Shown: one piece after another, positions 25,701 through 39,106 of the stretch
Position numbering within the stretch: position 1 is the first letter of the stretch
Layout of the letters: each line of letters starts with the position of its first letter
Source: Malacoraja senta
Lineage: Eukaryota
Assembly (NCBI GenBank): GCA_038087875.1
Contig: CM075993.1
Coordinates: 3,474,001-3,538,000 of the forward strand
Direction of reading: 5' to 3'
DNA: 64,000 nucleotides
Notes under the pieces: model-generated
The model's input: only the letters and a program-made list of their open reading frames with translations
The model's database searches: none
Told to the model about the DNA's origin: nothing
Translations under genes and position numbers: made by a program

Positions 25701-26520
25701 GCCCAGTGCCACATTCGAAGAAATATGTACAGCATGATGTAATAAGTAGGAAGGAACTGCAGATTCTGGTTTACACCGAAGATAGACACAAAATGCTGCT
25801 TAACTCAGTGGGGCAGGCAGCATCTCTGGATAGAAGGAGTTCGTTCAAGAGAGAGTTAGATTTAGCTCTTAGGGCTAAAGGAATCAAGGGATATGGGGGG
25901 AAAAGCAGGAACAGGGAACTGATTTTAGACGATCAGCCATGATCATATTGAATGGCGGTGCTGGCTCGAAGGGCCGAATGGCCTACTCCTGCACCTATTT
26001 TTCTATTTCTATGAATGGCCGATGTTTCAGGTCGAGACCCTTCTTCAGATTTTCTATTCTATCTTTGATGCAATAAGTATTTTGAGCACCTGATCAGCAC
26101 TAGAGTCAAGCATAACTGAAAGTTCCCAGTTGCATATATACAACACTTGTGACTGCATTGCAGCTATTACTTTATAAAGTGTATCCATTTAAAGGTATTA
26201 TAACTAGTCATGTGGTCTAAAAAATGAACTTGCAATCAACTTCAGTTACTGCCTCTTGTTCGGTGATTATAGCATTTCAGGCAATTTAACAATTCCCAGT
26301 CTCCAGTTTGCTTCAGAAAATAACCATTTCACAACTGCAGTTCCGCATTGGATTGTATTGTGAGTCGGTTACTGGAACTGGAAAATTGTAGCTCTGAGGT
26401 GATTTAATAAGCATGGGTTGTATCTTCTAGATCAAGCCCATAAAATTAAGGGGTCCGCATAGAGTACATAATAACGATCTATTTCCTTTGGTAGAAGGAT
26501 CAAAATCACAAGGCATGCAT

Positions 26521-26839
26521 TTAGTTTAGTTTTTAGTTTTAGAGATACAGCACAGAAACAGGCCCTTCGGGCCACCAAGTCCGCACCAACCAGCGAATAT
26601 CGCACATTAACAGTACCGGACACACACTAGGGACAATTTTGCATTTATTCCAAGCCAATTAACTTACAAACCTGTACATCTTTGGAGTGTGGGAAGAAAC
26701 TGAAGATCTCAGAGAAAACCCATGCACGTCATGGGGAGAATGTGTAAACTCCATACAGATAAGCACCTGTAGTCAGGATTGAACCGAGGTCTCTGGCTCT
26801 GTAAGGCAGGAGCTCCACCGCTGCGCCACCATGCCGCCC
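26521..26839 (-). mobile_element. V-SINE (HE1-like), full length
   Basis: (ttagt)n tail, V-domain and tRNA head, all in reverse complement. Confidence 0.85.
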
Positions 26840-28999
26840 AAACTTTAGACTGTGGTAAGGGGTGAGCACAAAGTTGCCATCACCCAAGGGATTTTAGAGG
26901 ATTTGAAGTTAATGGAACAGCTGAAACAAAATGAAAATACTGAAAATAACATTAGGTTTTAGAGCGAGATGTCTCCACAAATTTACAAAAATAATTCAAT
27001 ATGTGTTATATAGTTATTTGCGACAATCAAGTGTCACTTTGACCGAGCATAGTTGATTATTCAACAGCAGTTAGACACAAAATGCTGGAGTAACTCAGCG
27101 GGACAGGCAGCATCTCTGGAGAGAAGGAATGGGTGATGTTTTGGGTCGAGACCCTTCTTCAGACTGAGAGCTTTCCAAAATTTACCAGATCCACACTACT
27201 GTGTAATGGATTGTCAAAAGCTTATTATTCATTGTGTTGATTTAAAAAATAGCAACTCTACAAACTCACTTTTCAGTTCCTCCATGTACATGTATTTTTA
27301 GTGCAAGAACACAGCTGCAAATTATATTTTGTGACATGGTTAAAATTTAGTGCTATTTCCAGTGCATGTGACCAAGTTGCTTGCCATCAGAGTTGACCTC
27401 TGTACACAGCTTTGATGCATGCAGTATGCCTTGTTTATATACTAAAGCAACTTTGCAGACCAGATCAAATCATTATATGAATTCTTAATCCATTTAGTTA
27501 TCATTTAAATGTGCCATTGGCTGTTTGACTAAGTTGAAATCTTCTAATTGCTGCATGCTTGTATCATTTAGTCGTTCATGGTTGTGAGAAGCATGGACGA
27601 GTTTCAATGGGTGAGACTTTATCAGTAATGTTTGCCATTTGGATTTACTTGTAACAAACCAGTGTATAAAATCATGAGAGGAATAGTTCGGGTAGATGAA
27701 CGGAGTCTCTTTCCCAGGTTAGGTGAATCAAAGACCAGGGGATATAGGTTTAAGGTGAAGGGGAAAAATGTAATAGGAATCTGAGGTGTAACTTTTTCCA
27801 CATAAAGGGTGGTGAGTGTATGGAACGAGCTGCCAGAGGAGGTAGTTGAGACTGGGACTATCGCAACGTTTAAGAAACATTTAGACAGGTACATGGATAG
27901 GACCGGTTTAGAGGGATATGGGCCAAACGCAGGCAGGTGGGACTAGTGTAGCTGGGACATGTTGGCAGGTGTGGGCAAGTTGGGCCGAAGGGCCTGTTTC
28001 CACGCCGTACGACTGACTAATTAACTACCACTTTTAAAGTCACGCATAATGTGATGGAATTAAGGCTCTGTCGCATCTGAGGCAGCTTCTATCAAGTTTC
28101 CAGTAATCTTATCATATTTTTTGCTTTCTGTAAATAGAGTGTACTTATGGAAATTGCAAAATCCCTTTTGACTTCTAATTTGCACTTTTCATTGGGAATG
28201 CTGATGAGAATCGAGCAAGGATGAGGTACATTTATGCCAATCACAAGGGGAGAAAATAACTGCTTTTGTTGCTATTCACGATGAAATTGGTTCTATTTGC
28301 ATAGACCTACGTCAGTGCCATATAAAGACACCAGTGCAACGCTTTACCCTCCATCAACACTCTGCAACATCGTTAATTGAATTGAACTTTAGCATTAAAT
28401 GTTATTAAACAGATTTTTCGCTTCAACATGTACAGTTGTGAATAATTCATTTGATCAAGCTTGCTATGTTGACTATTTTATAATAGTTCTCATTCATTCC
28501 TCCACCTGCCTCCCTCTCGTACCCTGAAGCTACCAAAACTATATTGAACCAGAATTTGCTTTTCAAATGGGCATTGCCCATCATGAGTATTGATCTTCCC
28601 ACCATCGATGGGATCTGCAGGAAGCACTGCCTTAAGAAGGCAGCTAATGTCCTTAAAGACTCTCACCACGCTGGCCAGACTTTCCCTTCGTTACTACCAT
28701 CGGGAGGAAAGTAGAGGAACCCGAAAACCATTGCATCCAAGTTCAAGAGCAGCAGATTCCCTGCAACTTAACCCACTTACTCAACCTTATCTCACCGACC
28801 TCAGACCGATGAACCACAACAGGCATTGCACTGCTATGGGTTCTGAACCTGCTTTGAGTCTGAAGAAGGGTCTCAACCCAAAACGTCACCGATTTCTTTT
28901 CTCCAGAGTTTCTGTCTGACCTGCTGTTTCTTCAGCTTTTTGTGTCTATCTTCAGTTTAAACCAGCATCTGCAATCCCTTCCTACACGTTGGTTCTTCC

Positions 29000-29538
29000 C
29001 TTATTATTCTGAGCAATTTTGGGCACCATATCTGAGCAGGGATGTGCAAGCTCTGGAGAGGGTCCAGAGGAGGTTTACAAGAATGATCCCAGGAATGAGT
29101 AGGTTAACATATGATGAGCGTTTTGACAGCATTGGGCCTGTACTCGCTGGAGTTTAGAAGAATGATAGGGGTCCTTATTGAAACATACAGAATAGTGATA
29201 GGCTTGGATAGAGTGGATGTGGTGAGGATATTTCCACTGGTGGGAGAGTCTAGGGCTAGAAGTCATGGCTTCAGAATTAAAGGACGTCCTTGTAGGAAAA
29301 TTAGGAATAATTTCTTTAGTCAGAGGGTGGTGAAACTGGAATTCTTTGCCTGTGGAGGCCAAGTCAGTGGATATATTTAAGGCAGAGATGGATAGATTTG
29401 ATTAGTATGGGTGCAGACGTTATGGGGAGAAGGGAGGAGAATGGGGTTAGAAAGGAAAAATAGATTAGCCATGATTGAATGGCGGAGTAGACTTGATGGG
29501 CCGAAAGGTCTAATTCTACTCCTATCACTTATGAACAT
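29000..29538 (+). mobile_element. CR1 LINE 3' fragment
   Basis: QFWAPYL..LERVQRRFTRMIPG..LGLYSLEFRR. Confidence 0.85.
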
Positions 29539-30161
29539 TATTTTATGATCATGGTATAATTTACTGAGAATGACTGATAATCTATTGTGTGTTGTTATTG
29601 TGTCTAATGAGTCTATAAATCTGCAACAAGTAAGAATCTTGATGTTCTGGTTAAGATCTGGTGTATATGGTAAATAAACACACTCTCGATTCTTGACTCC
29701 GTACAGGGTTTTGAATGAATGCTAGTTTTCTCTTTGCCTGTGGTTTTGGAGATCAAAACTACATAAGTGCCCTGTGTGTGATATTCTGGTTAAGGCAAAT
29801 ATATTCCCTGCAGTAATGTGTAGGGGATACACGTCTGAAGAAGGGTCTCGACTCGAAACATCACCCATTCCTTCTCTCCAGAGATGCTGCCTTTCCCGCT
29901 GAGTTACTCCAGCTTTTTGTGTCTATCTTCCCTGCCTTAATGATCCTTTAAGATAAATGTGTGCTGCAGTAGTTTCCAGGCTCTTGTTCCCCAATTAAAA
30001 TGTTCTTCAGTTTGCAATTGTTTGGTATTGTGGTTGTTTTCATTCCTAAGTCAAGGAAGAGTTTTGTCCATTCCGGATCTGAGGAGTGGAAGGAATGTGT
30101 GCATGACTTATTTTAACATGAACAGGCTGGTGCTACCATATGGACTTGACAGAATGAGGTT

Positions 30162-31432
30162 TTAGTTTTTTTCGTTTTAGAGATACACAGCGGAAACAGG
30201 CCCTTTCGGCCCACTGGGTCCGCGCTGACCAGCGATTCCCGCACATTAACACTATCCTCTACCCACTAGGAAAATTTTTTTTTTGTACATTTACCAAGAT
30301 AATTAACCTGCAAACCTGTACGTCTTTGGAGTGTGGGAGGAAACCGAAGATCTCGGAGAAAACCCACGCAAGTCACAGGGAGAACGTACAAACTCCGTCC
30401 AGACAGCACCCGTGGTCGGGATCAAGCTGTAATTAATTAATAATAGTTCATTTTATTTGCTGCCGCCTTTCTAACACCCAAGGACACCTTACAGACATAA
30501 AATCACAAAAATACAAAACACATAGTCGGAATAAATTAAATATAAAAACACCACAATACACAAATCAAGGACAGAATTCAATTACAAAAGCACAAAAAGA
30601 AAATCAGAAACACAATTTGAGGAGAGAGCAGCGGCAGCCAAACCGCGCCAGCGTTCACTCTCCCCTCCGACCGCCATCTTGAACAAAGACCAACAGACAC
30701 GGCACACAAAAAATCATCCCCCCCACAATGACCACCACTGTGGGGAAGGAACAATGTCCAGTCCCCAACCCCAGTTCACCCAAAGTCAGGCCCAATGAGG
30801 CCTCCGCTATTGCCTCTACGGAGGCCCGATGTTCCTGGCCGTTTCCACCGGGTGATGCTGGCCCGGCGTCGGGAGAGTCCTCTAGCGGCTGGGCCACCTG
30901 GAACGGCGCATTCCTTACCGGAGGCCGCAGCTTCCGAAGCCGACAAGGCCGCGCCGGTTTGGAGCTCCAAGGCTCCCGATGTTAAGGTCGGCGCCGCCCG
31001 ATCCTCCCCAGTCCCAGCCCGGAGGTGTTGAGCTCGGCGGTCACAGCTCACCGGAGCTCCAGCGCGGCAACCCAGGCAAGGCATCGTCCGCTACGCTTGC
31101 GATGGCGCTCCAGCGCTGTGCCGCCACCGAAGCTGAAGGTGCTGGGCGGTCCCCGACAGGAAACGGCGCTCCAGGCCCGCTGGTAGGCCACGAGGACGGG
31201 TCGACGGGGCAGCCCAGAGAAAAGCCTGCCTCACCGACAAGTAGGGACCTAGAATAAGGTTACCCCCTTTACCCCTACATTAAAAGTCAAGTTCTCCTAC
31301 AGACAGCACACAAGACTAACTAAAACTACAAAAAAAAAGTGAGTTAAACGGGGGCTGCTGATTAGCAGCCGTTCACCAAGATGGCGCCTCCTCCGCTGTA
31401 AGGCAGCAGCTCTTACCGCTGGCCACCGTGAT
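30162..31432 (-). mobile_element. V-SINE split by the 30433-31394 insertion
   Basis: SINE tail and V-domain at 30162-30425; head resumes at 31395 (gctgtaaggcagcagc). Confidence 0.75.
30433..31394 (-). mobile_element. GC-rich non-autonomous LINE-derived element with L2-like 3' tail
   Basis: TSD GCTGTAA (30426-30432, 31395-31401); minus-strand 3' end gtaaggtgtccttggg..AATAAA..(taat)n; 5' end ggaggaggcgccatcttgg. Confidence 0.7.
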
Positions 31433-33629
31433 TCAATTGGTCCAGTTGCAATAAGACTGAGATTGATTGTAGACTAAGCGCTGTGACTTATTTATTTATC
31501 CTGTCTGCACTTTCTTACATTATGGAAACTGAATATACACTTTTGCTACAAAGTAGTGACATGTGTTCATTTGTTGAGTAATGTTTGTGATTTAGCTGTC
31601 ATTTGAAAGTAGTTGGCTATCATGCAGCAGCAGACAACTAGATTGATATAATTCAGTGACTTGTTAAAGCATTATCCAAGAAAATCCTTGTGCAGTTTGT
31701 ACTGTTATGATTCCTTCCCCACCACCCAAGCCAGAGCTTCATCCTACTATGTGTATCGCATGTTTTCAACCAATTGGAAGTTTCTAAAATTGCAATTAAC
31801 AGCATGTTAACTTGAATATTTGGAGCGATGCTGCCCATGATTAACAGAAGAAAGTGTGAACCAGTTTTTTATTCAAAAGACACAGCCAGATCATTGTCAT
31901 TGGAAGCCCTATGTCACTTGACCCACAGACTTTCCCTTTAGACATCTTTAAGGACTTTTCATAAGACATAGGAGCTGAATTGGGCCATTCAGCCCATCGA
32001 GTCGAGTCATTCAATCATGGTTGATCTTTCTTTCCCTTTCAACCCCATCCTCCTGCTTCTCTCCAAACCAAGGGACTTTTCTAAAGGAGGAATAATTTCA
32101 GATTCAGTCAATTTTGAGTTTGCACATTTTTAGTTACCTGCATTTGGCTCATATCCATCTAAGCCCTTTCCTATCCATGTACCGGTCCAAATGTCTTTTA
32201 AATGTTTTTGTACCTGCATCAACCCCTTTGGTAGCTCCTTCCTAATATATACCTCTCTTTTTGTGGAAAAGGTTGCCTCTCAGATTCCTATTAAATCTTT
32301 CCCCTGTCACCTTAAACCTATGCTCTCTAGTTCACGATTTCCCCAAACCTGGGAAAAAGCTTACCTTTGCCCCTCAATGTTTTCCACCCCTCGGTCCCCT
32401 GCTCTCCAAGGAATAAAGTCACAACCTTTCCCTATAACCAGTCCCTTGAGTCCTAGCACTCTTTCCTTTAGCACGGTGACCAAAATGTTCTTTTGTTTCG
32501 AGATCAAATTGTGGGCTTGTCTGAAGGGTGCTGACCCGAAACGTTCCCTATCCATGTTCCCTTGAGATGCTGCCTGATCCGCTGAGTTACTGCAGCACTT
32601 TGTATCCTTTTGTGGCCATGTCATGTCTCATTTACAATGATCTTTATGGTGTATGTCCCATGATGAGGCACACTGATTCCGCTAATGAGACATGCAAATA
32701 GCTTAACTCCAGTTGCTTTGAATCTGAAGTCACTGCCCAGAGTATAAAGGAGCAGTGTGTATTTCATCCTATTTTAAAACACAAACGTCAAAGGCTATTG
32801 TGCATCCAATTCAATGGGGGTACCTCAAATGTATGTAGGTACAAGGAACTGCAGATGCTGGTTTATACCAAAGATAGACACACAGTGCTGCAGTAACTTA
32901 GCGGGTCAGGCAGCATCTCTGGAGGAAAAGGATGGGTGACGTTTTGGGTCGTGACCCTTCTTTGGGTCAGAAAGAAGGGTCCCGACCTGAAATGTCACCT
33001 GTCCCTTTTCTCCAGTATTTTGTCTCTAAATGTATGCAGGCTTGTATTGGCAATACAGTTCTTAATTCTATCATGAGTTTCTTTAAACAATAGCCTATAT
33101 TTCTGGGAAACTGGATACTCGAAGGTTGTTTCATCAACTAAAAGTCCTGATGTTTTTCTGAATTACTGTTTTGCCATGATATATTGTTTGGCATTATACC
33201 AGATGGCTGCCAATATGCCTGGTGATAAATGAGCAGCATCTGAACACTAGAGCAAGAGTGCTCAAGGTTTTATTAAAGTTGACCTTTTGAATGTTACTGC
33301 CGTCATTTTTTTAATGAAATTGACTGAATGCAAAATTGACTGAATCTGAAATAATTTCTCTGCAGACGAGGGATTGTCAATGTTTGAACAACAGCTGCTG
33401 GTTAAAAATTGGTAGAGCTTTGAAGTCTGAAACAAAATTCTGCTGGTCAAACTACACAACTTCTAATGCTGTTCGTCTGATTATCCTTTGTTGTTCCAAA
33501 AGTACACAAGTGATTTGTGCCATCTCTTCCCTTAATCACTCGGAACACCCCTCGAAACTCAATAGTCAAAATTATAATGTAAGTTGGTGCTTGAATTTTC
33601 CTAATTAGCAGAAACACTGATACTAATAA

Positions 33630-34065
33630 GGCTGGCACAATGCTGCAGCGGTGGAGTTACTGCGTTACAGCGCTGGAGATCGATCACGACGACGGTTGAT
33701 GTCTGTGTGGAGCTTGTCCGTTCTCCCTGTGACCGCGTGGATTTTCTCTGGGTGCTCCGGTTTTCTTCCCACGCTCCAAAGACAACAGATTTGTAGGTTA
33801 GTGTAGGAAAGAACTGCTGGTTTAAATCGAAGGTGGACACAAAATGCTGGAGTAACTCAGCGGGACAGGCAGCATCTCTGGAGAGAAGGAATGTTTCAGG
33901 GTTGAGACCTTTAGACTCTAGGTTTGTCTTCAGATTTGTAGGTTAATTGGCTTCGGTAAAAATTGTAAATTGTGCCTAATGTGTACAATAGTGCTAGTGT
34001 ACAGGGATCGCTGGTTGGCGCGGATTCAGTGGGCTGAAGGGCCTATTTCCGCGCTATATGTCTAT
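33630..34065 (+). mobile_element. V-SINE with nested Penelope-like repeat (33801-33930)
   Basis: Insert flanked by CAGATTTGTAGGTTA on both sides; SINE flanked by ATACTAATA. Confidence 0.75.
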
Positions 34066-37000
34066 ACTAATAGGATAAACCTCTTGCCTGGGTGGTGGGG
34101 AGAAGTTTGGTCACGGTTGCAAAACAGAACGAGGTTTATAACATAGTTTGTGAAGAGAGTAGATGTGTTGGGGGCACAGCCAACGTTGAAGAGTAAATGA
34201 GCGGGAATATTGCTGTGGTAGCAAGGTGCCCTGATGTATGAATGAATGCCTAATGCCCTGCTGGCGGAGAATTGTGAAAGGTACAAATATTCAAAACAAA
34301 ACTCTTCATTTGGAAGAGGGAATTTAAGCGGTAATTTGATATCTCGGGCTTTTAAATTGAAAGATTTAAACCATTAAAAGCATTTTGAGTATAATTAAAT
34401 ATTGAAAGCTTATTTCTTCAGCCACAACTAAACACATTGACGATCCATTACTTTCCAGAAGCAGTACAATTACTTCTCCCCCTACCCAACCACTTGCAGA
34501 CGATCATGCTTGTCTTTTGACACGAGGTTCTGTAAAGTCTGCTTTATATACGGATAAAACAATAAAGGTTTCACTGAATAATTGATTCTTCACAAAACCG
34601 CACAATCTTTTCAATTTCAATCTACTTTCAGCCAAGCAGATATTGTGCTTCATTTGTGTGTCCGCTTTTGTCTTATCAAATAGAACTTAAAGTAAAATAG
34701 TTATCACATGTTTATCCCCACCTTGCTGCATAGAAATAGTCTACATCTGCATCCAGTGTTTTGGTTTGACGACTGCCCGAAGGTGTTATCTATTTCCCTG
34801 GCTTCACTGACTCTACCTTTGCTTACAAAAATCACATTGCTATAAATGGTGGCAGATTTGTAATATCATATGTCTTATTTCTTGGAAAATCTTTATCGGA
34901 AGGACTTTATCAGAATTTTCCTGGTATTTTCTCAAGGGAGTTGTTGGTTTATCCTTTACAGGAAGATGGTCGGGGGAAGGGGTCGGGTGATGGATGCTCA
35001 TTACAAGAAATCTGTTTAGCTCTTAGTCTTGCATCATAACCAAAAGGTCAGAGTGAAGTTGCAAAATCTGAAGAGACATTTATCGACTCGTTTTGTCTTG
35101 ATTTCTCATCCTCGGATACACAAAATTTTCATATAGAAATAACTTTAATAAAGTGATTTATGGCATGCCCCTATGAGAAATGGTGCTAAATTACTGAAAT
35201 TGTTTTTATATTGGTCAGTTATTGCATGCTTGCATATCACCTTAACCATTCTGAATATTATGAAGGTTATTGAGCCATGTTTAAAAATTACAAGGAATAT
35301 TTGCAGGATGCACGGATTGGTATACAGTTAAGAGAAATGTTGTGAGATGCAGCATAAGAAACTAAAAAACTGATATGATCCACAAGATTGAGTGAAATTT
35401 GAAAGCATTTTTCTTTCTCACTAAAGGTAGTAGAATTACATCTTTTTGTGAGTAGGATCATTGGGTCTGGTGTTGACTGAAGTGGGTCTTCTGATTGTGA
35501 GATTTCTTTAGAAGGATTGAGGGATATTGATCAATATTGGGTGGATGGAGTTGGGCTTGGACTTATGGGAGTGGGCTTAGTACAGGTTGTGTGAGCAAAG
35601 TGGCTTGCACTACATTAAATGTTTGTGTTTTTACCATGCCGCTGCAATGTAAGCTTGGTTCCGAAAGCAAAAGAATTTACCTAGTATGTTATTTAATCCT
35701 TTCATTTTTAATTTTATGATAACCTTCGTAGGGCAAACTGAAGAACAGATTTTATGTTGGCAGCCATTTGATAGTAATTGAGTGGTTTCTGCTGAGTCTG
35801 CCCACTCTGGTGAAGTTATTTATCCAATTTGTGACTTGTAACATAGATTGGTGGAATTTGAAGTTGTAATGCCAGTTCAGTACCAACAATCTAAGTAACT
35901 AAAACCTCTTGCCACCAATATACTCCTAAAAAAAAAGAGATCTGTGATCTCAACACATGTCTTAATATCCCTAATAATGCTTGATATTTATTGTTTAATT
36001 CTCCCATGAGGTGATTTGATAATACTACGACATTAACACTGGTTGGAACATGTTGGGAAACATTCTAATCAAAGAACGTTGTGCGTTCAACTTCCATTGT
36101 AACTGGAATTTGGAAACCAATTGGACACTTGAATGCGCAGGCGCTGGAGAACGGTCTCGACCTGAAACATCATCTAACCAAGTCCTCCAGAGAAGGTAGA
36201 CAAAAATGCTGGAGAAACTCAGCCGGTGAGGCAGCATCTATGGAGAAAAGGAATCGGCGACGTTTCGGGTCGATGGGGAATGGGGGGGTGGCAGGAAAAA
36301 TAAAGGTAGAGGCGGAGACAGTAGGCTTGTGGGAGACCTGGGGAGGGGAAGGAGGGAGAAAGCAAGGACCGTTACCTAAGTCCTCCAGAGATGCTACCTG
36401 ACCCGTTGAATTACTCGAGCATCACCCCCCACATTACCTTTAACAGGAAGATAACTATCACCAGAATCCAAGCCAGTGTTCATTCCTCAGTGGTAATATG
36501 TTTATTGTGACTTTGGGAGCGTGCCATGCATGGTTCATTGTTTCCCATATTACAACAATGCTTTTCTGCTAATTTAAATTGGAAGCTTGTATTAGGCACC
36601 AAAGGTAGTTTCTGCCATGGTAGAACCCTGGCAAATTGTGAGCCAAACTCAGTGTCTTGTTTGTTAGTTACCCAATGCATGATTGTACTTGGAGTCTCGA
36701 ACAACTTGTTTCAATTCAATTTTATGCAGGGGCAAAAATTTAGTTATTATTAATCGTTCCCTGTCTGGTTGCAGCCCATATATATTAATGACAGTCATTT
36801 ATTGTAGGAAGGAAATGCAGATGGACACAAAACCAAAGATGGACACAAAATGCTGGAGTAACTCAGCGGGACAGGCAGCAGCTCTGGATAGAAGGAATGG
36901 GTGACGTTTCGGGTCGAGACCCTTCTTCAGACTGACTTTCTGAAATGGTCTGTGAGATTATGGCCTGGTGCTCATCTGTGGGGCCATGGTCTAAGGATAA

Positions 37001-38823
37001 GTAGGAGGAGGTGTCCGAGAGCTGGCATCTGGCCTCAATGCAGTAAACGTCAGCTCGCACTTCCCTTGTCAGCGGGTTTAAAGAATGGTATTGACCGGAA
37101 TCGTCACCCATTCCTTCTATCCAGAGATGCTGCCTGTTTTGTGTCAATTGACAGTCCTTTATTGTTGGCCTGCATAATTAGAGAACGAGTTATGTATTAA
37201 TAACAATGTTAATCTTATTGGTGAGTTGTTAATGTTCAGCTGAAGCAAATTTGGCTGTTTTGATATCATGCCGAAATATAAACCACGCTACCTAACGTTT
37301 GGAACCTTGCGAACCATAGCAGTCGTAATATCATAATGCGCGTAATTTTTCCAGAATTTCACAAAATTCTGGACTTGATTGTCAATTAAGTCTGAGTCGA
37401 CGATCACCCTTTTGAATCAAGCACGTTCAATCTTCATGCCCCACCCATGCTCATTTAGTTCTTTATCTTAAAGAAAATTTAGGTTTAATAACATGTTTGT
37501 GAATTTTTTTAAATCTGCTGTTTTAACTTTCATGTGGAATGATTCAAGATGTTGAAAAAAGCCTATTCAACAATTGCATTTTTTTAACGAGTTCAGAATA
37601 TGTGAAGCATTTATTGGTATATTGAGCTGCAGATAGAATATGGTAATTTCAGCTACACGTTGTTCATTGGCTGGACGGTTATCAGTTGTGAGGGGAACTA
37701 GACTGTTATTGGTGTAGGAATGTAACTGGAAGACAGAGTGCTGGAAGGCTGCATCAGAATCTCTCCACGGATCTATGTGAGAAAAATCTGCATTGCATTT
37801 GCTCCATGGTGTGAGTGCTGCAGAAACTCCAGGACTGGGCAACGCATCTCAAACACTCGCCAGCGCAAGAAGTGCGTGCACAATTCTGGGATCCCGTGGC
37901 TTTGCTGAAGTGGCATCAACAGGAATTTTGTTGTCTGGTCCATTCTTGATCTTCCTTTGTGACTGCTACACACAGCCAGTCGTCTGTGCCCTGTGACCGG
38001 CAGCCAGCTATTTACAGGCAAGTCTCAGCTGTGACTATCTCAGCCAGGTGTGCTATCCTCTTAGTCCCTATTTTACTCTTCATTACTGTGTATACTTTGT
38101 GTTTTATACAAGCATGGAGCATACTATTTGTTTTTAACCCGTTTAAGTCTTCAAGCCAGATGATTCTCATAAATGATTCAGTGATTATGTTGCTGTTGAT
38201 TGTGGTTTTGGCCATTAGAGTTCCCTAGACTAAGCTATCTTAATATTACTACCCTGTGGCTGTTCACATGTCACCATTCTATTGTTTGAAAGGAGGACGA
38301 CAGCACATTTGTTAATTGGAAGAGGCGAGGTTGCAGTTCTGCCCTTTCGTTATTAACCTTTCACCATATTTAAACTGCAGAGATGAGCCCAGGAGACCTG
38401 CTTGTGTGCAATATCTTTGCAGAAAGTCAAAGCTTTTTTATCACAAAGACCACAAAACAGTAATCCTTCGGTGTTCAAATGCTGTGACTGCAGAATGCTG
38501 CTGATCCATCTGAAGGAATCGGTGCATGCCCTCAGTGCTGCATTAGTCTGCAGAATAGGTTAGCCCCATTGCCTCTCATACAGTTGTGCACTGGAATAAT
38601 CTCTGTGTTCACCAATCATTTTTGCACATACACATCCTTGTTGCTCTGTTAATTAGTCCTTTAACACTATTTGGAAAGCTAGCTTTCTAGTGTGAAGAAT
38701 TTCTTAGCTGGAAGCTAGTATTCTAAATAACAAAGCTGAAGTTAGCAGCTTTACATTGGGTTTTTTCATACAAGAGATTCTTGTAAACTATAGCTGCGTG
38801 GCGAACCTATTTAATCATTGACA

Positions 38824-39106
38824 GATGCAGCATGGAAACAGGCCCCCTTAATCCCACCAAGTCCACGCTGACCATCCATCATCCCAACACGAGTTCAATG
38901 TTATCCCACTTTCTCACCAGCTCCCTCCACAATTTACAAACCTGCACATCTTAGGGATGTGGGAGGAAACTGGAGCACCCGGAGGAAACCTACGCGGTCA
39001 CTGGGAGAACACGCAAACTCCACATGGACAGCCCCCAAGGTCAGGATTGTACCCTGGTCTCTGGCGCAATGGGGCAGCAGCTCTACCAGCTGCGCCACTG
39101 TGCCAC
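38824..39106 (-). mobile_element. V-SINE (HE1-like)
   Basis: Head, V-domain and tail in reverse complement; further copies at about 40811-41120 (+), 43133-43389 (-), 50733-50911 (+) and 60505-60766 (-). Confidence 0.8.

Noticed and set aside
30655..31257. Overlapping ORFs on both strands
   Set aside because: Expected from stop-poor GC-rich sequence within a TSD-bounded element; no recognisable domain.
37351..37372. Small hairpin ccagaattt-caca-aaattctgg
   Set aside because: A short AT-rich stem is expected by chance in 64 kb; no supporting context.
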